The notes under the pieces: model-generated
The model's database searches: none
What the model saw: the letters and a program-made list of their open reading frames with translations, nothing else
Told to the model about the DNA's origin: nothing
Shown here: positions 12,851 to 24,404 of the stretch, piece by piece
How positions within the stretch are numbered: position 1 is the stretch's first letter
Layout: the number at the start of each line of letters is the position of its first letter
Made by a program: the position numbers and the translations under genes
Origin: Mobula hypostoma
Taxonomy: Eukaryota
DNA: 64,000 nt
NCBI RefSeq assembly: GCF_963921235.1
Contig: NC_086109.1
Location: 25,670,001 to 25,734,000 of the forward strand
Reading direction: 5' to 3'

Positions 12851-13668
12851 TTGGCTGAATGGTGTAATAACAACTACCTCTCACTCAATGGCAATAAGAC
12901 TAAGGAACTGATGGTGGATTTCAGGAGAGGGAAACCAGAAGTCCATGAGCTAGTCATCATCAGAGGATCAGAGGTGGACAGGGTCAGTAACTTTAAATTT
13001 CTGGGTGTCACTATCTCAGAAGACCTGTCCTGGACCCATCATATGAATATTATTGTGAAGAAAGCACGATAGTGCCTCTACTTCCTAAGGAGTCTGTGGA
13101 GGTTCAGCATGTTATAAAAAAAACTTTGGCAAACTTCTATAGATGTGTGGTGTAAAGTGTGTTGACTGGCTGCTTTATGGCCTGGTATGGGAACACCAAT
13201 GCCTTTGAGCAGAAAATCCTACAAAAGGCAGTGGATTCAGCCCAGTATATCATGAGTAAAGCCTTCCCAACCATTGAGCACAACTACATGAAACGTTGCG
13301 ATAGAAAAGCAGCAGCATCCATCATCAAAGATCCTCACCACCCAGGATACCCCTTTCTTGTTGCTGCCATCAGGTAGAAGGTACAGGTGCCTCAGGACTC
13401 AGATCAGCAGCTTCAAGGACAGTTACTAACCTTCAACCATCAGGCTCTTGAACAAAAGGGGATAGCTACGCATTTAAGAACTTTGTTATATGGTTATTTC
13501 ATGCTCATTATTTATTGCTATTTATTTGTACCTGCATTTGCAAAGTTTTCTTATAGTTTACAGTTACTATTCTATAGATTTAATAAGTAGGCCCACAGAA
13601 AAAAAATCTCAGGATTGTATGTGGTGGTGAGTATGTTCTCTACATTTTACATTGAACTTTGAACTTTA
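12851..13668 (+). mobile_element. Rex1/Babar-type LINE 3' fragment
   Basis: WCNNNYLSLNGNKTKELMVDFR, FKFLGVTISEDLSW, AWYGN, IIKDPHHPG; (tgaactt)n tail. Confidence 0.88.
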
Positions 13669-14980
13669 AATGCAAAAGCAAAGAATGCATCTCAGAATGA
13701 ATTTCCCCAAATCTCTGCTTACTGCCAATGATCACTTACCATTCAAGAGTGCAGTTTGAGAAACTTGCATTGTGAAAATATTCACAGAAGCTAGTAGCTC
13801 CAGTTCTGTGTTAAGAAGCTTCCAAGCAGATGGAAGGACAAGGTAGAGAACCTGGAGTCATGTGGTTTGGATGGTTGGACATGGCGTGTTTGAGCTGGGA
13901 CTTGATTGTGGCTTTAATGATAACCATGTGTTCCTTCGTAGGATTGGCTCACAATTAAAATCTCGGGTGTTCACTGGACTGGATTCACTGATGGTGCCGC
14001 TGAGTCTGATTTTCACTAAACAACAAATGATCCCGCAAATACTGCCCTCATTTCATTGAAGCCCAAAAGTCAGTTGGAAATCTGGAAGTAGAAGCTCAAT
14101 GCCCAGAATCTGAAGACTGATTATTAAAGGCCCGGAAGCCAGTTCTGGGATTACAGTAGAGGGCTGTCCATGCGTGTTTATGGGTGGCTGTGATGGAGGA
14201 AAGGGCTTGCTTTGTTGTCATTGCTCTGTTACTTGTTGGGTTCTGCTTTGTGATACTCTGTGTTGTTCTGCCAAGCATTGTCAGCACTGGAATGTGTGGG
14301 GACACTAGCACGCTGTTCCAAGCACATCCTTAGATGTTAAGGCAAATGACTCATTAAACTGTACGTTTCTCTGTACATGTGATAAATAAATGAATCTTAA
14401 TCTGGACCATACAACATGGGTATTTGTTGTGCAATATGCAATCCAATTTCAATTTAGAATCAAAAGCAAACACAACTAAAAATGAGAGAATTAAGCCAGT
14501 CACAAAAAGTCTTCAATTTTTGCTTAGGACTCAAAGAGTAATTTGCAGTAACACAGTCATCATGCAACGTGTACAGAGCATTCGGAATTTCCAATTTTAT
14601 CCATCTTATCCATAAAACCCACCAGTTATTCATTCAGAAACAGGCTTTCCCAGTCTCTGGGAGGATTATTTCTCCATGCATTCATACAGTCCTAAAACTG
14701 AGCTGGAAATTCTTGACAAGTAGGTCCCCCTCAAACAGCTCTACACTCTGCAATTCCAGAATATGCCAAGGAGAGGCCTGTCCAGTAGCACAGGATGCCT
14801 TTGGGCTCCTGCCAACTAAATTCCTAATGATTGTCCCAGGAAAATACATTTATGAACCTGAAAAAAATCAATCTTGGAAAAAAAAACAATTTAGAGGTGT
14901 TGACTAATTTCTGCCAGTGCTTATTTGAATTCCTACTTTCACAAAGTCACAAAAAGCATTACAATCATTGTTAATAATTC

Positions 14981-15315
14981 CGGCAGTACGGTAGTGTAGT
15001 GGTTAAAATAACACTTTACAACACCAGCCATCCAGGTTCAACTCCCACCACTAGTTGTAAGGAGTTGGTGTGTTCTCCCCGAGTCTACATGGGTTTCCTC
15101 CAAGTGCTCTGGTTTCCTCCCACATTCCAAAGACATACAGGTAATGATCAGTATGTTGTGGGTATCCTGTGTTGGCGCTCAAAGCATGGCAGCACTTGTG
15201 GGCTGCCCCTAGCACATCCTAGGACTACACTGGTCGCTGATGCAAATGGTGCATTTTGCAGCATGTTTCAATGTACAGAAAACAAATAAAGCTAATCCTT
15301 GATATCTTTAATCTT
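14981..15315 (+). mobile_element. HE1/V-SINE-like tRNA SINE
   Basis: A-box ggtagtgtagtggtt, B-box ggttcaactcc, core gggtttcctccaagtgctctggtttcctcccacattccaaagac. Confidence 0.85.
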
Positions 15316-15518
15316 TAAATTACTTTCGAGGTGTATTCACCATTGTAGTATAGGAAGCATGGTAGAAAAGTGAAGGAGCATTGGATGGAACTGTGAATCT
15401 CAAGTCAATGCACTGGGAGCAGACAGAAATAGAAGGAATAACTCCCAAGACATCCACAACAAATCCTTGCAATCAGCTCCAGTACTCTTGTGGAAAAATG
15501 GGCAGACACACATTTGTC

Positions 15519-17239
15519 AGTTACCAGTTTCCCTATACCACCACTCTGCTCTGTCTAGCAGAATTAGTCCTTACTCTTAATAATTTCTCCTTTGGCTCCT
15601 CCCACTTCTTCCAAACTAAAGGTGTAGCTATGGGCACCCGTATGGGTCCCAGCTATGCCTGCCTTTTTGTTGGCTTTGTGGAACAATCTATGTTCCAAAC
15701 CTATTCTGGTATCTGTCCCTCACTTTTCCTTCGCTTCATCGACGACTGCATTGGCGCTGCTTCCTGCACGCATGCTGAGCTCGTTGACTTCATTAACTTT
15801 GCCTCCAATTTTCACCCTGCCCTCAAGTTTACCTGGTCCATTTCCAACACCTCCCACCCCTTTCTAGATCTTTCTGTCTCTATCCCTGGAGACAGCTTAT
15901 CTACTGATGTCTAATATAAGCCTACTGACTCTCACAGCTATCTGGACTATTCCTCTTCTCACCCTGTCTCTTGCAAAAATGCCATCCCCTTCTCGCAATT
16001 CCTCCGTCTCCACTGCATCTGCTCTCAGGATGAGGCTTTTCTTTCCAGGACAAGGGAGATGTCTTCCTTTTTTAAAGAAAGGGGCTTCCCTTCCTCCACC
16101 ATCAATGCTGCTCTCAAACGCATCTCTCCCATTTCATGCACATCTGCTGTCACTTCATCCTCCCACCACCCCACTAGGAATAGGGTTCCCCTTGTCCTCA
16201 CCTACCACCCACCAGCCTCCGGGTCCAACATATTATTCTCCGTAACTTCCGCCAGCTCCAACGGGATCCCACCACTAAGCACATCTTTCCCTCCCTCCCC
16301 CTCTGCTTTCCGCAGGGATCGCTCCCTACACAACTCCCTTGTCCATTCGTCCCCCCCATCCCTCCCCACTGATCTCCCTCCTGGCACTTATCCGTGTAAG
16401 CAGAACAAGTGCTACACATGCCCTTACACTTCCTCCCTTACCACCATTCAGGGCCCCAGACAGTCCTTCCAGGTGAGGCAACACTTCACCTGTGAGTCGG
16501 CTGGGGTGATATACTGCGTCCGGTGCTCCCGATGCAGCCTTCTGTACAGTATATTGGCGAGACCCGACGCAGACTGGGAGATTGTTTCCACCTACGCTCT
16601 GTCCGCCAGAGAAAGCAGGATCTCCCAGTGGCCACACATTTTAATTCCACGTCCCATTCCCGTTCTGATATGTCTATCCACAGCCTCCTCTACTGTAAAG
16701 ATGAAGCCACACTCAGGTTGGAGGAACAACACCTTATATTCCGTCTGGGTAGCCTCCAACCTGATGGCATGAACATTGACTTCTCAACCTTGCGCTAATG
16801 CCGCACCTCCCCCTCGTACCCCATCAGTTATTTATTTATATACACACATTCTTTTGCTCTCTCTCCTTTTTCTCCCTCTGTCCCTCTCACTATACACCTT
16901 GCCCATCCTCTGGTTTTCCCCCCTCCCCCTTTTCTTTCTCCCTAGGCCTCCTGTCCCATGATCCTCTCATATCCCTTTTGCCAATCACCTGTCCAGCTCT
17001 TGGCTCCATCCCTCTCCCTCCTGTCTTCTCCTATCATTTTGGATCTCCCCCTCCCTCTCCCACATTCAATTCTCTTAATAGCTCTTCTTTCAGTTAGTCC
17101 TGATGAAGGGTCTCGGCCCGAAACGTCGACTGCACCTCTTCCTAGAGATGCTGCCTGGCCTGCTGCGTTCACCAGCAACTTTGATGTGTGTTGCTTGAAT
17201 TTCCAGCATCTGCAGATTTCCTCGTGTTTGCATTTTTGA
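15519..17239 (+). mobile_element. 5'-truncated young Penelope-like element with 15-bp TSD
   Basis: TSD agacacacatttgtc at 15504-15518 and 17240-17254; RT motifs QTKGVAMGTRMGPSYA, LRFIDD, FLDL; C..C.TC, VIYCVRCSRC, YIGETRR, E..LI..L (GIY-YIG); frameshifts and stops present. Confidence 0.95.
17096..17132 (+). ncRNA. Minimal type-I hammerhead ribozyme motif (short palindromic stem III) in the PLE 3' end
   Basis: AGTC-CTGATGA-A-GGG tctcgg CCC-GAAA-C-GTC^GACT. Stem I is AGTC/GACT, core CUGAUGA is 17100-17106, GAAA is 17120-17123, stem III is the ACGU palindrome, predicted cleavage after C17127. Confidence 0.8.
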
Positions 17240-18257
17240 AGACACACATTTGTCTCATCAGTCATCTCAGGCTCAACAGAATGAGAGTGAAAGCAAGTTA
17301 TCCATAATTGCAAGCGACTGTCAGAAAAGGAGATCTTTCCTGTAATTTCAGATGAAAGACTATCATAAAATGAAGCTTAAGATTCATGACAAAACTTAAG
17401 AACGGCTAAGAAACTGTCTGGAGAATAGAAAATAGCATTTACTCATTAGAAGTTTCATTTCAGGATAGGGAGATATCGCCAGCAGCCACAGCCTCAGCCA
17501 TCCTACAGGAGAAGAGCGAGAGATATAAGGGTCCAGCATCTCCAAGTGTCCCTCCAAGCCATACACAATACTTAGGTGAACATGTCGTTTCATCTACACC
17601 GGCAGTAAGAGCTGCAAAGACACCTGGAGCTGGCAGCAGTTCAAGACGATTCAGCACCTACTTCAAAGCACCATGGACTATGTATAAAAGCTCTGAATGT
17701 TGTGCCGATATTCGGTTGATAGAAGAGTCATTTATCCTAACCCAAATATACATGTTCAAGGACTATAGATGATTAATGATTGCCGTTGTTATATTCATCG
17801 ACGGTTGATTCAATCCACGAAATGCACTCCGCGTGAGACTGACAATCGATTTAATGGACACATCGCATGAAGCAAAGCTATTACCTGCTCCCTTCAGTTT
17901 GAGCAAGACGAGAAAGAAGTCCCTAAAGGAGTTTCGGAGCGGTGTGTTAATTCTGTTTCCCTAATGTTATGCCATTCTATCAACATTTATTTATTTATGT
18001 GAAATGTATACTGAAGTGAAATGGATGTTTCCTCAACTCCTCGATATGTTAAACTTTGTTTCTATAGTATTCTCTCATGCAATTAAGTCGATTTTTCTTC
18101 CATCTTCTCCCTATTTGATTTGCAATCTTATCCCCTACATGCTTCACAGCTAGTTCTGTTAACACTTAACTCTTTGTGTATGCAATGTTATCATATCTGC
18201 TTATTACCCTAAGCATATAGACAGATTCTTTAGTAAACATGGCAGTAAAGTGAAGGA

Positions 18258-18539
18258 TTCGGGGGAGTAGATTTAGGACGGAGATGAGGAACTGTTTTTC
18301 CTAGAGAGTGATGAATCTGTGGAATTCTCTGCCCAATGAAGCAGAAGAGGCTACCTCAGTAAATATATTTAAGACAAGGTTGGATAGATTTTTGCATAGT
18401 AGGGGAATTAAAAGTTATGGGAAAAGGCAAGTAGGTGGAGATGAGTTCGTGGCCAGATCAGCCACGATCGATCTTATTGAATGGCGGAGCAGGTTCGACG
18501 GGCCAGATGGTCTACTCCTGCTCCTATTTCTTTTGTTCT
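18258..18539 (+). mobile_element. CR1 3' end
   Basis: gtgatgaatctgtggaattctctgccc...gggccagatggtctactcctgctcctatttcttttgttct; flanked by agga and inserted into a locally duplicated sequence. Confidence 0.88.
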
Positions 18540-18667
18540 AGGAGCATTTGGTGGAACAGTGAATCTCATGTCAATGCACTGGAAGCACACAGAAATGGAA
18601 AGAATAACTCCCAAAATATGCACCAACAAATCCTTGCAAACAACTCCAGTACACGTGTGCCAAAAAT

Positions 18668-18900
18668 GGGTTGGACCAGAGGTGCTGCCTTTCAGGTAAC
18701 TTAATTTCTCTAGAGGATGTAAAAGGTGCTGTGGCGATATTCAAAGAAGAGCAGAAACATTCCTTCCAGAATTTTGGCTAACGTTTAGCCATCAACCTGC
18801 ATCGCTAGTAATACGTTTATTTCATTAATTGCATGACTACGAATAAATTAACTGCCAAATTCACCTACGTTGTGAAGGTGTCCATCTATTAACTAAATAT
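18668..18900 (+). mobile_element. Ancient Deu-domain SINE (SacSINE1/AmnSINE1-like) remnant
   Basis: gaggtgctgcctttcagg..ggatgtaaaaggtgctgtggcgatattcaaagaagagcag..ttggctaacgtttagccatcaacc resembles the Deu domain as recalled (gaggtgccgtctttcgg..gtaaaagatcccatggcactatt..gaagaagagcag..ctggccaatatttatccctcaacc). Confidence 0.55.
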
Positions 18901-19482
18901 TTAACTTCTCTGGGGTGTTGCGATAAGTGCTAAATCTTTAGGGAAATGAAAATAAAATTACATCTAAAGAATTGTCATAAATTGAAAAATTATTTCAATA
19001 CGAGATAAATGTGGGATTAACATCACTTGAAATAGACATTCAGTTTGAACTCTGGAGGAATAAAGCAAAGAATCCTTTAAGAACAAATTGAAGCTGTAAC
19101 AGTGAGACTTGAATCTCTCAAGATTGACCTTCTCATTGTAAATATTAGGTGATCGTGTAAAAACAATGCCGGCATATCTGGATTTTAAATTGACCGTTCT
19201 TCTTTCTATTCTTTCTCCACTTTGAAGAGAGCGCGTTTTCAAACCGGGGTGACAGATGCAAATCGCCCCAGAACTTAAAAGTCTAAATCCCGTATCCAGC
19301 CATTTTTCATTTATCTTCGTTTGGTAGCCTTCAGAATTCGCAAAATCATTGTTTTAAGTAAACCCACGCTATCGCTGCAATCTATCAATGCGTTTAATCC
19401 CAACCTTTCGACGTCAGTAAGACAAAGACGATTTGCATCCATATCTTCCTTTGATCTAACGAAGTATTGGAAAAATTATCCA

Positions 19483-19912
19483 CCTCAATACTGAACCGAT
19501 TCCACAACCTATGGACTCATTTCCAAGAACTCTACTATTCATCTTCTCAGTATTATTTACCGTATCAGCCATTTATTGTTGTTATTTTGTGAATTTGCAG
19601 AGTTTGTCTTTTTTTGATGTTAATTTTACGGCAGCAGTACAATGAAATACATGATAAAAAAAAGTATAAAGAAAAAATTGAGCGATATATATCTTTTAAA
19701 TAGATTAAGTTAAAACAGGTGGTGCAAAAACAGAAATAAAGTAAGTGTAGTGAGCTAGTGTTTACGGGTTCAATGTCCATTTAGAAATCATTGGTTGTTT
19801 GCCTGTCTGTGTGCAGTTCTTCATAGATTTGAATTGTGTTTCTTTGCATCTGATACGAATGCCTGCAAGAATGTACGTATTTGCGTACTTTGATAATAAA
19901 TCTACTTTGTAC
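19483..19912 (+). mobile_element. Rex-type LINE 3'UTR fragments (two orientations)
   Basis: cacaacctatggactca..., tail gtactttgataataaatctactttgtact; the internal segment ~19625-19790 is inverted. Confidence 0.5.
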
Positions 19913-22900
19913 TAAACCGAATTGACAAGATTTCAAATTTCCGCCTTCTCTCCAGAAAGAACTAACCGCGGCCACTTTTGTTATAAATTCCTCCCATAGT
20001 TTAAGTGGCGAACCCACTAATCGATTGACTGCTACAGTGCAAAACGGTGTCAGGATGAGTTTGAACGTGCAAATCTGCTCATGGCCTCCAAACCACAGGC
20101 ATTAACTGCTTGGTTCAGATGTTCTGGACCTGCTTTGCATATCCCAGCTATTTTCCTTCCTATAGTATTTTAAACGAATTGACCTTAGATAAAGGTCAAA
20201 CACGGATCATACAGTTAAAAGTACAAATCTCAAAATGCAAACATTTAGCAGGAGAAAACCAGAAGGAACTTCAAATAAATTCAACAAAATACGAACAACT
20301 CGAAAAAAATCTAACTCGTTTCAGTAAGTGAGTCAAAACATAGTATGGTCAATCATGAAGTGGTGCTCTTTTCATTTTAATTGTTTTTCTGCGGTTACAG
20401 ATTCAAACAGATTCCATCGGATCTACTTTAAATCACATCCTTCCCAAGATCTTACAGTTGTATGTTGTGAATAGCTGTAAAAAAAATCAAAGTATGAATT
20501 TAAGTCATGCGGTAATTTTTAATTCTAACCTTGATTACCAAGATAAAAATTGCAGAAAATACTTAAATAAAAACATGCTAAAATGTTATAATCCCCCTTT
20601 CGATAGTATGCAATCAGAGTTTACCACAAGTTTCAGCGCGTTCAGCTGGGAATCTCAAATTAAATTGACCAGAGGAATTTTTTTAAGTGCTATAATCATG
20701 AGATTGAGTCCTTGAACTTGGTCATGATCAATTGGCGGGTATTTTAAAAAGTGAGGTGAGTGGATTGGTATCAGATACGACGCTTTCAATTAAATATCGA
20801 GGACAGAAGTTGCTCTCTTCGCCTGCACGGTTTATATACGGATCAACTATTGCCTGGTCACAATTACAATTTGCTTCATTTAAATATTATTTTTGAATTG
20901 TTAAAAATTAAACCCATTTTCTGGGGTAGGTTGGCTTTCAATGCCGTGCCTTGCTCAATACCCTACACCATTTCTCAAATTCCAATTTCTAAGTTTTCAA
21001 GATTTTGCAAGGATTATGATTCACTCTTTATGCTGCGTCCATAAATCATGTGTAATCAATGCGATTCATAAACTCTCGTGCTCTGGGGAGTATTTATGCC
21101 GACCTAAGCAAGAATTATTTGATGAGGGTAATTAATTTAAAAACACCAATGCAAAACTGATTTCACAATGATATTTATTTGCTGCAATTCTAAGAACATT
21201 TTTGTTAATAGCCGAATGCGTTCAGTTGTTAGATAACATCTGAGCTCGAACTGCGTTAACTATCTAAATCTTTAAGAGTTAAACCTTGCAGGAAATCTTG
21301 CGTCTTCGTGAAAGCAATTTATAGAAGTTCCCAACCTGTTTAGCGGCGCATTTGTCAATGAATTGTAGCTGACCCGACAACGAAAGAAATCTCCAAAATT
21401 CGACTAGTTAATTTTAATGATCTCCCGGAACAATGTCAACATCCCTCTTCAAAATGTCAAAAATGGGCCCCTAATAGGAGGACCCTCGGTGTTTTATTGG
21501 CTCTCTGCAATAAAGTGTTCTTTTTCTGCTCATTACGCTTTTGAAACAAACTTCTGAAATGCGGAATATGGCGGGTGCTGGAAGCCAGAAATAAACACAG
21601 AAACGTTGGAAACAGTTGGCAGGTCAGGTACGGACAGAAAAACAAAGTCAACCTTTCGGGTTAATAACCTTTCATCAGAACTTCGAACAGAAAATATTTT
21701 ACAGCTAACAAGACATTCTAGTGAAAATACTTAATATTCTCGGACGGAATCTTTGATCATATTGTTCGAACCAGGAAGAGTGGATCTTTTCTGGAACTGC
21801 AGATGTGTCCTGACACACGGTAATAAATGTAATGAGTATTTACGTCGGGAACGTATGAAGGCAATTCCATTGTTACCTGACAGCAGCTCCTCTTGATTGA
21901 CATTGATCCCAAATTGCAGTGTATCTTCAAGTCGTTTCTATGTTTAATAGAAAGTATTTTGTGTTACACATCAGATTATACGTCAAATGACGAGAACCGC
22001 GACAGTTTACAAGGAACGTAATTGTCTCATAAAAATGACCCATAAAATTAATCTGTCGGGGTTTTTTCCAACACAATTGTAAAATCTTAAATCATGATCA
22101 ATTGAATATGCAGAGTTTGAATTTACATAAAGTCTTTCACAAACTTGGGAGCGGCCAAATGTACTGAAAAACATATTGAGAGCCGTAGTCATTATTGTAC
22201 GTAAATATTTTGGTTTGAACTGGACGTAACTAAAGTCGAGGATAAGTACGAGTGCCCCGTCCCATCCCCAATCAATCACATTTAGCAGCCTGCGAAATTT
22301 CGAGCTTTCTCGTTATAGTTTTTTTTCTGTAATTTATCCCACAAGTCATTTAAGAGTTCCAGGATGTTTGTACTTTATAAAGCAAGATCTTATTATCAAG
22401 ATATAATTGAGTCAAAACGAATGAACGGTGTGTAGCTTCCTATTTATCACATTATCCTCACTGCCCCTCCCCCGTGAAATAAGAACCTGCTATTTACTTT
22501 TCAATTCTGCAACTATTTTAAAATTAAATCACCTACTCTACCTCACTCAGGTGTAGAGAAACAGAAGAATAAACCTTTCCACCATCTACCATATAAGTAA
22601 TCAATTTATATCTTTATAGCTGCAACGTATTATGTTTACATTTAAAATTAGAGTGGAATTATATCTAAAGAATTGCCAAATGTATTTCTAAATTAAAACA
22701 TGAATACTTTACATTAAAATAACCATCTTAATTAATTGGCAATTATTTAAAAAGGAGTGAACCTTTTAACAGACCTTAAAGAAAATTTGAACCCTCCTTA
22801 ACAATGGCTTCTTGATCCCCATGAATCCCATGTCACCCATTTTCATCCCTACCCAACCAAATCCACATCTACATTATCACTTTTGCACAAAATGTTTGCA

Positions 22901-22961
22901 CTATTTTCAAACAGTGCAATCCTGAAGTGCGGCTAACAATATTTTGTCAATGTAAATGTGC

Positions 22962-23450
22962 GCACAGTGGCCACTTCCTCAGGTAACTCTTGTGTACAGT
23001 CGGGTGGCCACGGATTGTATGTTCATGGTCTTCTGCTGCTGTAGCCCATCCACTTCAAGGTTCGATGTGTTGCCCATTCAGAGGTACTCTTCTGCATACC
23101 ACTGTTGTACCATGTGGTTATTTGAGTTACTGTCACTTTCCCGTCATCTTGAACCAATCTGACCATTCTCCTCTTACCCCTCTCATTAACAAGGCATTTT
23201 TGCCCACAGAACTGCCACTCACTGCTTTTGGGGGGGGTTTGTACCATTCTCGGTAAACTCTAAAGACTTCTGCACGTGAAAATCCCAGATCAACAGTTTC
23301 TAAGATACATAAACTATAACAATCTGGCACCAACAATAATTCCATGGTCAAAGGCACTTTTCTTCTCCCTTCTGATGTCGAGTCTGAACAACTGATCCTC
23401 TTGGCCATGCTTTTGAGCTGGCTGATCATTAATGAGCAGGTGTACCTGAA
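22962..23450 (-). mobile_element. Internally deleted Tc1/mariner DNA transposon remnant
   Basis: Minus-strand GFSRAEVFRVYREW and CGQKCLVNERGKRRMVRLVQ..TVTQIT..YN..SEWATHRTLKWMGYSSRRP (Tc1 paired-like HTH region); TIR-like cagtggccactt..aggta and aggtgtacct ends. Confidence 0.75.
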
Positions 23451-24097
23451 CTCAACTGGTAAAATTATCATAATACTTGTTAAAGGGGATATTAGCATGT
23501 GTGGAGTCAAATTACTTGAAAGCAAAGTTCTGGATCAAATACTTCTGAATTTCTACAATCAGTTAGCCAGAAAGGGACTGGGAGATGCAGAAATTATTTG
23601 GATATTTACTGTCTATCCTTGAAACTATTTAGAATACTAACTGGATATATAAGCTCAATAAAAATGTATCTAGCTTAGTTGTTATAAAGCAACAGATGTT
23701 AGCAGATGAATATTACAGAAGGAACAATGGAAAACATGTGGTGCAAATGTACAAAACAAAGTGAAGTATTAAAGCAAGCATTAGATACTTGACCAAGTAA
23801 CTGTAATCCATGATAGAATGGGGGAAAAGTGACAAAGTTCCAGTTCACTCCATTTATAGGAATGAATGAAATCTCCCTCATACTGGTATTTCGTAGATAA
23901 ACCTTTCGCTTTTCTCTGGATAATGCTTACATGTGAGAACTTAATAGAATTTAAGTAATTTCAGTGGCTGCTGGTATTTTATTGAGTACTGTTTTGCTTT
24001 TATTTTAAGGTTATTGCAAATACGAGACTATTTTTGTTCTGTTTCCTAAACTAAGTTTTGGTATAATTACAGGCAATTATTGGGTGGACGTTATCGT

Positions 24098-24240
24098 AGA
24101 AACATAGAAAACCTACAGCACAATACAGGCCCTTCGGCCCACAAAGCTGTGCCGAACATGTCCTTACCTTGGAAATTACCTAGGGTTACCCATAGCCCTC
24201 TATTTTTCTGAGCTCCATGTACCTGTCCAGGAGTCTCTTA
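24098..24240 (-). mobile_element. Short CR1 3' end
   Basis: agaaacatagaaaacctacagcacaatacaggcccttcggcccac (antisense CR1 tail). Confidence 0.85.
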
Positions 24241-24404
24241 TCATAGAAATAGAATGGGAGAGGAGGAGGGCAATGAGCCTATCAGTCTACGTCTGCTACT
24301 TTGGAGAGAAATCTGTTCCCTTCTCTGTCCTCAATGTACTATTTCCTCTTTCAAATATTTCTTGAGGATATGCCTTAGACTTCATCTATCAGAGCATTCA
24401 TAAT

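Noticed and set aside
14569..14907. 112-aa ORF in unique sequence
   Set aside because: No recognisable domain, convincing splice sites or start context.
17260..18235. Odd-looking unique stretch that might be foreign or coding
   Set aside because: No long ORF or motif; part of it (gcagcagttcaagacgattcagcacc) resembles a decayed old LINE 3' end.
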